Origin: Salisapilia sapeloensis CBS 127946
Taxonomy: Eukaryota > Protista > Oomycota
Assembly (NCBI GenBank): GCA_023334545.1
Contig: JAADVB010000149.1
Location: forward strand, 1-47,163
Length of the DNA stretch: 47,163 nucleotides
Direction: 5' to 3'
The stretch's first letter is position 1, and each line of letters begins with the position of its first letter. Shown here piece by piece: positions 9,733 to 22,280 of the stretch. Under the pieces are notes generated by a model. It was given only the letters and a program-made list of their open reading frames with translations, ran no database searches and had not been told where the DNA came from. Made by a program: the position numbers and the translations under genes.

Positions 9733-11109
9733 TTACTTGAACTGGTTGTTGATCCATTCGCTCGTGATCGACTTCGGGCGCTCAAGCGGGAGACCCAATG
9801 CACGGTCCCAGAAGAGCTGCGAGAGGACACCAATGGCACGAGACACACCGAAGAGCACCGTGTAGTAGTTCTTCTGCGTCATGCCGTAGTACTGGAGCAA
9901 CACACCAGAGTGCGAGTCGACGTTCGGGTACGGGTTCTTCGTCTTGCCGTGCTCGGTCAAGACACCCGGGACGACCTGGTAGATGGTGTCGACGATCCTG
10001 AAGAGCTCGTCGTCCGGCATGTACTTGAGGCCGAACTCACGCTGGCACGTGTAACGCGGGTCCGTGATACGGAGGACGGCGTGGCCGTAGCCAGGCACAA
10101 CCTTACCGGCGTTGAGCGTGTCCCACGCGTATTGCGTAATGTTCTCCTTGGTGACTTCAAGGCCACGCTCGTGGAATTCGGCCTGGAGACCCTGGATCCA
10201 GCCGAGGACTTCCTGGTTAGCAAGACCGTGCAACGGACCGGCAAGAGCGTTCAAACCGGCCGAGAGCGAGAGGTACGGGTCAGACAAGGTGGATCCGACC
10301 AAGTGCGTCGTGTGGGCAGAGGCGTTACCACCTTCGTGGTCGCTGTGGATGACGAGGTAGAGACGCATGAGCTCTTCGAATTCCTTGTTGTCAAAGCCAA
10401 GCATCTGCGTGAAGTTGGCCGAGTAGTCCTTGCTCGAGTCGTACGGACGGTTCGGCTCGTTAAAGTACGTGTTACGGTAGATGAGGGCAGCAACTTCCGG
10501 CAAGCGGGCAATCAGGTTCAAGCAGTCCTCGTACGTGTGTTCCCAGTACGTGGACTTGTGGATACCCTCGGCGTACTTCTTGGAGAAGATCGAGTCCGTG
10601 TTCATGGCCGTGACGGCAGCAGAGAGCTGGGTCATCGGGTGGGCGTCCTTGAGGCTCGTCACGAGCTTCTTGACGCGCTCCGGGAGCTCCGAGCGAGCGT
10701 GCAATTCCTGGGTGATGCTATCGGCCTGCGCCTTCGTGGGCACTTCACCGGTCAACAAGAGCCACAAGAGGCCTTCCGGCATCGGCTCACCGCCTTCGGA
10801 CTGCACCGGCATGACCTGTTGGAGTTCCGGGATGGAGTAGCCACGGAACCTGATGCCCTCATTGGCGTCGAGGAGAGACGTTTCCCAGAGCAGGCACTTG
10901 ACACCACGCGCGCCACCGAGCGCCTGGTCGACAGTGACTTCACCGAGCGACTTGCTGCCGTGGTTCTGCTTGAGCTGCTTCAACGCGTCTTGGCGCTGCG
11001 GAACCTGTTCCTTGAGGACGTCCAAGAGAGATGCAGAGGAGGACGAGAACGACTTGGCGAAAGTCGAGCGTCCCATGGACACGCCTTGACGGAGAGCACT
11101 GACAAGCAT
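9733..11109 (-). CDS. CS: Mitochondrial citrate synthase; intronless
   Basis: Presequence-like N-terminus, [54 protein letters not shown]. Confidence 0.98.
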   Translation of the reverse strand: MLVSALRQGVSMGRSTFAKSFSSSSASLLDVLKEQVPQRQDALKQLKQNHGSKSLGEVTVDQALGGARGVKCLLWETSLLDANEGIRFRGYSIPELQQVMPVQSEGGEPMPEGLLWLLLTGEVPTKAQADSITQELHARSELPERVKKLVTSLKDAHPMTQLSAAVTAMNTDSIFSKKYAEGIHKSTYWEHTYEDCLNLIARLPEVAALIYRNTYFNEPNRPYDSSKDYSANFTQMLGFDNKEFEELMRLYLVIHSDHEGGNASAHTTHLVGSTLSDPYLSLSAGLNALAGPLHGLANQEVLGWIQGLQAEFHERGLEVTKENITQYAWDTLNAGKVVPGYGHAVLRITDPRYTCQREFGLKYMPDDELFRIVDTIYQVVPGVLTEHGKTKNPYPNVDSHSGVLLQYYGMTQKNYYTVLFGVSRAIGVLSQLFWDRALGLPLERPKSITSEWINNQFK

Positions 11110-11396
11110 TTTGTATTGGAGATGGATTCGAAGAAGATCTGTGGATCGGGCGGCAAATTCGGAAATGAACTCCTGAGCCGTACGTTGAGATCGGTTTTTA
11201 GCTATGCTTGATCAAAGGTTTGATGTGAATATAATACATACAAACGACTTTGTTTAGTGAACGGAATATTAAACATGAGAGGTTGAAAGATGTTAATCGT
11301 TTAACACATCAGCTTCGTCTCTGCTATGTGCTGGCAAAGTCGAGGAAATATTAGGTTGGGAAAGTGGCAGTGGGATGAAGGCAAAGGTAGAAGACG

Positions 11397-11892
11397 ATGA
11401 ACGCTAGGGAGCGATGCAAGTCCGGCTGCACGTTGGTTTTCATACGTTGCATGTGCGCCGATGACGTTGAGCAGGAACAGGCGCCGGACATTTCGAGTCA
11501 GATGCTTGACGCCCTCGCACGATGTAAACAACAGCATTGTTTAGTGTACTTGGAAGGCTTCCATGGAAATTTGTACTTGTGCTACATTGTATGAAAGTCG
11601 ATCGATACGGGATACAATTGACTTTTTTGGATTGATTTCTTCGTAAAAGTAGTCTCGTCAAGCTATATTTCTGCTTGGAAATACATGTATGTCTCTGACG
11701 GGTGGCCACGAAGGCGCGACGATTCGATGTCTGCTTGATATAAGTCGCATCCAGGTGTCGTTGCACATGGACAGCTTGCAGGCCCAAGCACCAATCCAAG
11801 GATCTTCTTCCCGGCGCTATGACTCTCTTCTGACTACACTATGCCCTTCCAAACGCACAAAACACGATTCATCGTCCACCATCTTCATCTGA
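11397..11892 (+). CDS. Possible two-exon hypothetical protein (~143 aa)
   Basis: Track ORFs 11397-11594 and 11689-11892 join in phase 0 through a 64-nt GTATGA...GTAG intron (11589-11652), giving ...HGNLYLCYI|SRQAIFLLGNTCMSLTGGHEGATIRCLLDISRIQ.... No family recognised; start uncertain. Confidence 0.4.
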
Positions 11893-12298
11893 TAAGCCCC
11901 GTCACACGACATGAAGGAACGAAATGCTCATGCACGTCCAGTAGATTGCATGATCTCCTTTTATCAATTTCCACAATAGTGGGTGTTCACATACCATTAA
12001 CAACTACGGACGCAACGACATAGACGGACTTGTCTCAATGATCTCGACGAAATACCCATCGTTATCTTGCACATATCTACCATTTGACGCCAGCCAGATT
12101 GCTACATCTCTGCTCGTTCGTAATTAGATGAAACGCAACCTCCGCTTCTACGCCGTCTCAAGATCTTTCATCTCGTACTTGATCGAATACGATATCCCAA
12201 CGAATCGCCTTCGTGCAGCTAAGTGAGGAGTCGGCCATCGCGACGCTCTGAACCGCCTTCATACCACCCGTACTCGTACTATTAAACACACAGAGATC

Positions 12299-13871
<1,573 letters not shown>

Positions 13872-14100
13872 GCGATGGAATAGAAAACATCATTTACTCG
13901 ATCCTTTTTGTGTTTATGATGAAGAAGAAGATTGTCTTTTATTTGTTTCATGTGTTTGTACAAGTGCGTATGCGTCTAGACCTTGTAGGAATGTGATCTT
14001 CTAGCCATTGAAATAATGTTGAAGTTGTCTTGAAGAGAGGATTCCTGGAAGTCTACTAGACCTGGATCGAGGTACTGCACGCACGTCGATTACCAGTGTT

Positions 14101-14805
14101 TCAATGAGCTGTCCAAGCTTTAGCACGGTCGGTAGGAAGGATAAGATCTGCCAATTGAACGCTATTCGTGTATTCTCTTTCACAAGAACCTACTTCCTAG
14201 ATGATAGCTGCTAAGATTTCAAGATCCTGATGGTCATCACTAATATCTACCTTCTTTCTCAAATTGTCCGCTTGCGTTGTCTCAAGCTCGTCCGTAGTCC
14301 ATAAGCTGGTTGACAGTCCGTACAAGACAGAGAAGAATTGACTGAACCACGTACTTGAATCCTCATAATCCACCTTATCTGCATCTTGCATCTCCATCTT
14401 GGATGGTAACTCAACATTCGATACCGTTTTGGGCTCCGGATCCAAGCATACTACCGTATAATTTTCAAGCACTTCATGATCTTTTTGAGGTTTCCTAAGG
14501 CTATTGTCAGGCTGTACTTTAGCAATCGATCCAGCCCTCTCTGGCGTTAAGACCGCACTCTCAACCTTATCAGCTTGATCATTCTCCCCATGCTTCGTCC
14601 CAATTACACGCCGTTGCAACGCGTGGAAACTATCAGCAACTGCAGTCCAAGCAATGAGCAAGTGAGCGAAAATCCAATGGACGAAACCATTGCTATGCTG
14701 TGCTTTCGAGTCGAAAACATGAACTGGATCGGTCCAAGTCGGACGCACGACCAAAGTATCGACCACCGGCGTCATTGTAACTGTTTCGACAGAGGCACTT
14801 GCCAT
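14101..14805 (-). CDS. Hypothetical protein, 2 exons
   Basis: ATG 14805. The track ORF's TAG stop (14199-14197) is also the acceptor of a 54-nt phase-0 intron (14250-14197, GTAGAT...CTAG), after which the frame continues EVGSCEREYTNSVQLADLILPTDRAKAWTAH to TGA 14103-14101. Two moderately hydrophobic segments; no family recognised. Confidence 0.58.
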
Positions 14806-14983
14806 ACTACACTCTCCACGTCCTGTCTAGCTAAATAGCAAATCTCTAAGACTAGAACGTCCACCATCTCCTTACAGCAAACCAAGACAAAGGTAAAAAA
14901 GCTAATTGCAACAGTTTCTTTCATTCTTCCTCCATGCTGGTATAAACTTCTACCATGCTATCTGCTGCGTCTTCACTCTCTTT

Positions 14984-15555
14984 TTACTCGGTCGGGCATT
15001 CACTCTTCTTTTGCGAAAGGATGAGTGCAACGATAAGACCGTAAAGTCCCAAGGCTTCAGCGAAAATCAGGATGAGCATCATGTTGACAAACAATTTCTC
15101 CTGTTGACCAACGGCACGGACACCAGCATCTCCGACGACACCAATTGCCATACCAGCCGCCAAACCACTTAACCCACAGCAAAGTCCAGCCGCCAAGTGG
15201 GCGAATCCGGCGTACGAGCCGTACTGCGGGGAGTTTCCGTTTGGCGGATCGATCGACCCTTGAATGATGACTGCAACGATCATACCATAGATACCGAGGA
15301 CACCAGCCATGACGACTGGGATGGTGTTTCGCATGGCCAATTCCGGACGCATGACGCCCATGGACGCGATACCGACACCGGATTTTGCCGTTCCGTACGC
15401 CGCTCCGAGATCTAGTCAACAGCAGATAAGGATACGACCAAAAATGAATACAAGAAGATCTTTTTACTAGCAAAGACGAGGGCAGAGGCGACGCCCATGA
15501 ATCCAAAGAAGGATGCCGACGAGGGGCAGACTTCAGCAGCAAGTTCAGCGATCAT
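14984..15555 (-). CDS. ATP6V0C: V-type H+-ATPase 16 kDa proteolipid subunit c, 2 exons
   Basis: Exon 15555-15468 ([29 protein letters not shown]), 56-nt intron, exon 15411-14984 ([24 protein letters not shown]...[15 protein letters not shown]). Four TM helices and the conserved proton-binding Glu. Confidence 0.97.
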
Positions 15556-15779
15556 GATAGTTTACTTGGAACGGGGGTACACTCTTCTATCTAATAAAAG
15601 AACGAAATGAGTTACGCCGACTATCGTTGCGTACGAGGGAAGGAACGTACGGAGAGATCAACCGGCGGCTCAACTCGTTTTCGTTTGTGGGTTTTTTACA
15701 GGAAGATTGAGGTTTTATTCTACCAAAGGTGTACCATGGATGTACCGCGGAAGTTGATCTCGATGCCCACAAGACGAGA

Positions 15780-16270
15780 ATGGCGGAAGAGTATCGGCAG
15801 CGACTGGATAACAATGCTGAAAAGTTGGTGGAGAACTTCAAAGGGTTGCTAAAGACAGCCAAGATAAAGGACCGAACGAATACGTCGAGAGAGACGTATC
15901 AGAACTCCATTTATGCTACGTCACTGGTACACGAAATGGATCAAGTCGATTGATAGGATAGTAACAGGGTGCTAGGTCCAAGCAAGTGAGAGTCTATTGA
16001 AGCTAGTGTCGGAAATGAAGCTTTCGTTGGCGCTGGGAGACTTTGAAGGGATGAATCAGAACGTGGATGCTACCATCGAAGACCTATATCGACGGTAAGC
16101 AGCTCGTGTCTTGACTAATGAAACGCTTCTGACCTGGCACTAGATGCGATGACATTGATACGCACATCACACACTTGGGCGCAGACATTTCGTCTGCGTT
16201 ATTCGAGCTAGAGAACCACTACTACCAGTCTAAATGGCGTCTTGATCCGGAGGAACAAGCTCAACGTTAA
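15780..16270 (+). CDS. MED22: Mediator subunit 22, 3 exons (5' end uncertain)
   Basis: Exons 15780-15926, 15976-16094, 16144-16270 with 49-nt introns. Product YRQRLDNNAEKLVENFKGLLKTAKI...SIYATSLVQASESLLKLVSEMKLSLALGDF matches the MED22/Srb6 pattern (RL..DNF..IIK.AK; A.ESL.KLVS.LK..L.L.DF). Confidence 0.85.
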
Positions 16271-16285
16271 CATTTTCCATTCGTC

Positions 16286-18205
16286 TTACTCTTTCTTCTG
16301 TCCATTCGCTTGGACGTTCCCAATGGCACTCTTGGGTAAATTCTCTCTCCGTCGCCATTCTTCCAACCGCCTCGCATTCTCCTCTTCCGTCATTGGCAAG
16401 TACCTACATATATCATTAACATATATTTCGTCTAGTAGAAAGCAAGGGTAGCATACTTTGCTTTTTCCTTTTCCGATAGATTCTTCCACATCTCTCCAAG
16501 TACTTTAGATGCGTCTTTCGCACTTTGACTGGGATGTGTGATCGGCAATTGCTTACGCTGTTCTCGACAGAACATGAGGAACGAGTTCACTGGCTTTGGA
16601 GGTTTCGTCCGAGCGGATGCCAAGGACATGACATTCGACGACGAGACGGAAGTCGATGGACGTGGCTGAGTTTGAGACTGAATCCGTCGAAGATCTGTCT
16701 TCTCTAATAGCTGAACGTCGTCTGCTAGTAGGAATTTCACACGTGGAGAGAAGGAAGCAGTTTCGCCTCGATCTCGAAAGACCATTTCCACTTGTGGTAA
16801 TCGAGTCACTTTATCCTGTTTTCCTTCTCGAAGCAACTAGATAAAGAGTGAGTATTTGTAGGTAGATGAGTGTCTGTACAAGGTACTTTGGCATAGATAT
16901 GTAGTTGTTCTCGGATGGAAAAAGCGACTTGAGCTTCGAATTCGCCACTTAGACCCTATACATGGCGTTAGCTGTCAATCTTTCTAATGTAAGAATCGTT
17001 GTACGTACGCATTCAGCACAGACGATACGAGCAAAGTCATCTGGACTGTTGCTTTCGTTGTTTAGATCCCACTAGAAGACACATGAGACTTGTGTTAGAA
17101 CTAAATCAAGAGGAAACGTACTTCGAAGCGATCGATAAAGATGGTGTCGTGGATACGAATGTTGATGAGAATCGGATGGAGACTCTCCTTGTTATGCGTC
17201 GATTTGGTAAGTGGTACGGTGGGTCGAATTGCTTCTACTTGACGTCGAATAGACTGAACGATCGGTTGAAAGATTGGTTCAGGGAGATTCGAATCACGCA
17301 TTAACGTCGCAGCGAAACTTTCGTACGTGAAATCGCTTTCATAACTAGAGCGAGGTGAGTTGATGATGGAGGAAGTAGACATAAAGTAGCAAGTACATAT
17401 TCCAGCAGAAAGAATCGACGTAACGAGTGCCTTCTACATCCACATCCAGACGAATGGGAACGAGTATCGTGTCAGGTGCAGGTGTCTATCTCCATGTGAG
17501 ATTCTATAATAGATAGAAGATGGGGATGGACGTACCTTTGGGTAATGATATGCTTGTCGCTGTCGTAAATGACGATTACTTTCTCTATTGCGCTGTCGAT
17601 AAAAGTGTAGAATTGCTTTTGTAAAGGAATATACCTGGCTGCTTCCTGCATGCTATCATTCATTTCATCCAGCTTCCGCTTGAGTTTTGGTGACACGTGC
17701 GCGGACTGCATCACTGTATCATGGATGAATAGTATGTTCTACGACACGAGTATATCATTTTACTTAGAAGGTTCTTGTCCATTGGTTTGCCACCTCGACG
17801 TCGAATCAACCACGTTTCCATGAGTCCATTGATCTAACATCATGTGAGACGAAGACGAGGTAGAGTATCTCGTCCTACATACTCGAGCGACGTTGCCTTT
17901 ATACCGACCAAGCATCCATTGAGAAAGCATACTGGCATTCACACCGCATTCCTTGGACACATCGACTTGTCGTAACCCGATTTTACCACGTAACGACTCG
18001 ACCTAGTAGCATTGCATGAATACTAGAGCTTTGTGAATACAAAGTAGACAAGTACTTCTTGTGCTAGAACAGCACGTTCCATCTCGGCATTTTCCTGTGA
18101 CTAAGTAGGGATCAGTCGGAGTTTTCTGCTGGACTCTAGATAAACATAAACTACCGACGGCACCGCCGGCACCTCCGTCTTGGCAGCATTCGTACTCGTA
18201 CTCAT
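16286..18205 (-). CDS. SNF5: SNF5/SMARCB1-family SWI/SNF subunit fused to an N-terminal HTH and a C-terminal HMG box; 12 exons, ~450 aa
   Basis: Manual splicing over 11 GT-AG introns gives one frame: MSTSTNAAK...LRQVDVSKECGVNASMLSQWMLGRYKGNVARINGLMETWL...ILVPIRLDVDVEGTRYVDSFCWNIYESDFTYESFAATLMRDSNLP..IVQSIRRQV...ILINIRIHDTIFIDRFEWDLNNESNSPDDFARIVCAECGLSGEFEAQVAFSIREQL...KPPKPVNSFLMFCREQRKQL...DASKVLGEMWKNLSEKEKAKY. Both SNF5 repeats and the HMG signature are clear. Confidence 0.88.
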
Positions 18206-18603
18206 GTCGACTTGCCCGTAATTGGTTTCTGAAGTGGCTGAAGTAGTCCATTTTCATTGGACAATAGTAGCGTCACATTAGTACACGAGTATCTCTCCTG
18301 TCTCTTCGCCTCGTCAAGTATCACCCACCCATCTACTTGATCAAGTACTAAGTACACTTGTACGTATACATATACAAATATGAAGAGGATAGAAAGGAAG
18401 ATAGTAGAATGAAGTAGCGAGTGTCTATTGTCTGACCTGCGACGTGTAGAATGGTTGTCTCAGTAAAAACACCCCACTTATCGTGTTTTTTGAAGGCGAG
18501 AAAGCGGCAAAGTCGACTCGGACGGTGTTCGTTTTACACTGGACACTCGCCGTTCTGCATCTTTACGCGTGACTTGTACGTCCGATAGCCTGTCAAACGT
18601 ACG

Positions 18604-18618
18604 TCATTCACACTTTTC
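18604..18618 (+). promoter_or_regulatory. Candidate oomycete Initiator + flanking element (INR/FPR-like) upstream of PP4R3
   Basis: TCATTCACACTTTTC, 100 nt before the PP4R3 ATG, is a near match to the oomycete TCATTYBNNNWTTY core promoter (one mismatch). Confidence 0.35.
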
Positions 18619-18718
18619 TATCGCCTCGCTTTCGTCTTTATAAGCTTGAACGGATTTGCATTTCCCGACCAATCGCTCCAGCCGTCGTCGAACGAGATTG
18701 ACAGTCGTGTCGAGTAAA

Positions 18719-20898
18719 ATGGACTCGAATGAGGTCGTGTCGATGCCCAATAGTGACCCAGAAGACTGTGATAGCCCAGAGTACGTATAGATAGCGTACG
18801 ATACGAATGGCTATGTGAATGACGCATCTTGGTGATCATGATAGACCGGAGCTGCCGCCGTGCCAAGTCGAGCGACTGCCAGATATTCTACTAACGATCC
18901 AATCGACTCGAACAGACCATCGATGTCGACTTGCTGAAAAGCTCTACAGTGATGTATGCCTATGGATGCTGTGTGAATAATTTCTATCTCCTATTGACTC
19001 TACCTTGGTACTAGAATGGTTCGTACATTGAAAAGCTACTCAATCTCTTTGACGTGTGTGAATTGGAGAATGACAAATACATTATGGATCAGTTCTTTCA
19101 CATCTTCTTCGCACTCGGTACGTCTCTCCATCTACGTATCCAACTACCTAGATACTAATTCATCGGACTAGTCGAGTTGGGCAGCAAAGACATTCTGCTC
19201 GTACTTGTGAATGACACCAACTTCTTCTCGGTCCTCGGTGTCTTTGGTCACAATCCGAGTCTCTTACACGAAATGGATTTTCGATCGACGTTGGAGCAAA
19301 CGGACGGATATAAGGAGCTCATTCCGATCCGAGAGAACCAGATACGACATCTCGTGCATGCCAACTTTCGTCTTCACGTACTCAAAGACAATGTCCTGGC
19401 ACGTACGTTACCAGAGAACGCTGCCATGTTGATCGACCACATCTTGAATGAACACAACCATCGTATCTTGACGTACATTTCAGAATCCGAAGAGTACTTG
19501 GACGAGCTCAAGCGTCTTTTAGCAGATGAAAATCAGAGAAAGGAAGCGTTAGGTCTTGTGAAAGAACTTGTGCAGCTCGTTCGGTCGACGAAATCTAATG
19601 ATTCCATGTTCCGATCGAATAACTTGAATGGCGTCCAAGTACCATATCGTGCACTTCATGAAGACTTTTTCGTCGATCAGAAGCTATTTGATGCCTTAGC
19701 CAATGCACTTGCAAGTGACCAAGAACAAGAACGTTCGACTGCGTTGGATATTCTATCGACGCTTCTCTATTCGCACGGTCCAGACAGACTACGAGCACAC
19801 GTCGTGCAGCATGAAAAGACCGAGATTCCGATGCCTCAGGACGATGAGTACTTGGTCTCGAAGAAAGATCAGTCGCTCTTACGAGGGCTCGTCTCTAGTC
19901 TCATGCAAGCAGAGGATAGAGGACAGGTAGTGTCGATTCTAAAGGAGTTATTTCGAGTACCTCTCGGTCAAGACGACCAGTTCCTCGGTCTCTTGTATCC
20001 AAACTACATGGCGTGGTTGTTACAACCACTCAAGAGTCGTCCGAGTGTCTCGACAAAGGACTTGTTTTCCCTCCAAGCAAGTATTCTAGACCTCTTTGCC
20101 TTCTGTACAGAGCATCATGGGTATCGTATCAAGTATCTCTTAGGTCGACAACCTATTGGGACGTACATGACACCATTCCTCGAGTCAAAGAACAAGTTCT
20201 TAGCGATGGAAGCTATCAAGTGGGTACGCGTCTGTGTTCTCCGTCGCGAGAATTTCTTTTCCAAGTTTTTGATCCAACAAAATCTACTCGCTCCACTTGT
20301 ACATCGACTTGCAGTCCATGGACAGAAAGATACAGCCATGACATCGGCCGTATTAGATGTCCTCGCGACGATCGAACGAGAGAATTTAGTCTCACTCGTC
20401 GAGTATTTGTTCAAGCACTTTTACGACACGTATCAATCGACTTGTCCGCTTGTGTTTGAAGCGATTCGAGTCCGGTATCAAGATAGGAATGGACAGGAAG
20501 ATGGCGAGAGCACGCCTGTGATGCACGGCATGGATGCAGAGGAAGAGCGGTACTTTGATAAAGACACCAAGGAAGATACGCCCAAGTTGGTCGACTACGA
20601 GGAGGATGATGAGGATGGAAAGGAGCTGGAACTACCAGTACGACCGAAAGAAGAGGAAGAGGAAGACGTCTTTCATGGAGGTTTACCTCCCGCTCGAGAA
20701 ACTCCTGTGGCGAATGGCAAGAAAGCATCTCCGAAACGCATGCAGAATATGTTTGCTCACGTCTCGTGGACGTTGCAGCCGAGTAGTGAGGAGCAGAAGG
20801 AGAAGGGAGAGAAGAGGAAGTTAGAGTTAGGCGACGATGAACAGGGTGCTAGTCCAGTCAAACGAGGCAAACCCTGTACACGTGTGCGTTCCAGCTAA
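18719..20898 (+). CDS. PPP4R3: Protein phosphatase 4 regulatory subunit 3 (SMEK/Psy2/SMK-1), 4 exons
   Basis: Exons 18719-18780, 18845-18953, 19015-19117, 19172-20898. Motifs PELPPCQVERLPDIL, YIEKLLNLFDVCE, QIRHLVHANFRLHVLKDNVLAR, LFAFCTEHHGYRIKYLL, SAVLDVL, DxEEERYFD, LVDYEEDDED. Confidence 0.86.
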
Positions 20899-20977
20899 AG
20901 ACAATACTTGCTACTTTTTTTACATGTTCGTCTTGATATGTGCCTTGCTGTCGTTCATACGTTAAAAACACTCGTGG

Positions 20978-22280
20978 ATGCTACGTCAAGCGAGAAGGAT
21001 GGCTGGTGTGTCGAGCATGATTGATATTGGAGCTAATTTGACCGACCCGGTCTTTTGTGGGTCGTATCGTGGAAAGCAAAAGCATGATGTACGCGTTCTT
21101 GTTGTATATGAGCTGTACGATGGCTTATAATCTATAGAACGACTATGACACGGTGTTGACACGAGCCAAGGCGAACGGCGTCGACAAGATCATCATTACA
21201 GGTACAGTAGAAAGCGCATGAGAGTCCTTGGCGTGCTTAACAGTTATATGCAGGAGGCAATTTGGAGGAAAGTCGCAAGGCACTGGAGCTAGCGAAACAA
21301 ACGGCGGATGATGCGATGCCTATGCTGTACAGTACGGTTGGTGTCCACCCAACGCGATGTGATGAGTTTAAAGCAGACCCGGAAAAGTACTTTGCCGACC
21401 TGGTAGAGGTCTGCCAGCAAGGGATGCAAGACGGGAAGGTTTGTCGGAAGGATCGGACTAGAGCAAGACAGTCAGGACTAAAAATGGACTAGGTCGTGGC
21501 CGTTGGTGAATGCGGTCTAGACTACGACCGGCTCGAGTTCTGTGAGAAAGCGACACAACGAATGTACTTTGAGAAGCAATTCGAGCTTGCCGAACGCATG
21601 CAGCTACCTCTCTTTCTACACAATCGCAATACGGATGGCGACTTTTACGGTAAGATGCATGCCAAGGTCGATTTGACATGATGCTCATCATGTTGATAGA
21701 GATGATTGCCAAGAACCGACATCGATTCACCAATGGCGTTGTCCACTCTTTCACGGGGACTCAAGAAGAAGCACAAAAGCTACTGGAATTGGATCTGTAC
21801 ATCGGTAGAACACATGCCTCCGACACTAGTTGTCAACTACTCATAGTCATCTTGTAGGTGTGAATGGATGCTCTTTGAAAACGGAAGAGAATCTGGAAAC
21901 AGTTCGTAGCATCCCTCTTGATCGTCTACTACTGGAAACAGGTAGGATCATCAGCTTCCTGTTCGTCAAATTTTAGGCTGAATGTATCGTAGATGCGCCT
22001 TGGTGTGACATTCGACCGACGCATGCCGGTTTCCATCATGTTCAAACGAAATGGCAATCTAAGAAGCCAGACAAGTATGAAGACGGGAAATTGGTGAAAG
22101 GACGCAATGAGCCATGCACAATGACGTGAGTTTTTCTTCGGTAGCCTTGTGACTCGACTGTTCTAACTGCACCACAGGCAAGTGCTGGAAGTCGTTAGCG
22201 GTATCCGTGGTGAAAAAGCTAACGATATTGCTTCGGCCGTCTACGCCAACACGCTTAAAGTCTTTTTCCCGACAGAATAA
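20978..22280 (+). CDS. TATDN1: TatD-family DNase (TATDN1-like), 8 exons
   Basis: Seven short GT-AG introns join [14 protein letters not shown]|[55 protein letters not shown]|APWC, KGRNEP. Upstream in-frame ATG 20978 adds [13 protein letters not shown] before ATG 21017. Confidence 0.93.

Noticed and set aside
9910-11211. Long antisense ORFs over conserved genes (also 2057-2806, 23368-24249, 25293-25667, 26563-27381, 42657-43472)
   Set aside because: Each is in register with a strongly codon-biased sense gene, where scarcity of TTA/CTA/TCA codons removes antisense stops; no motifs recognised.
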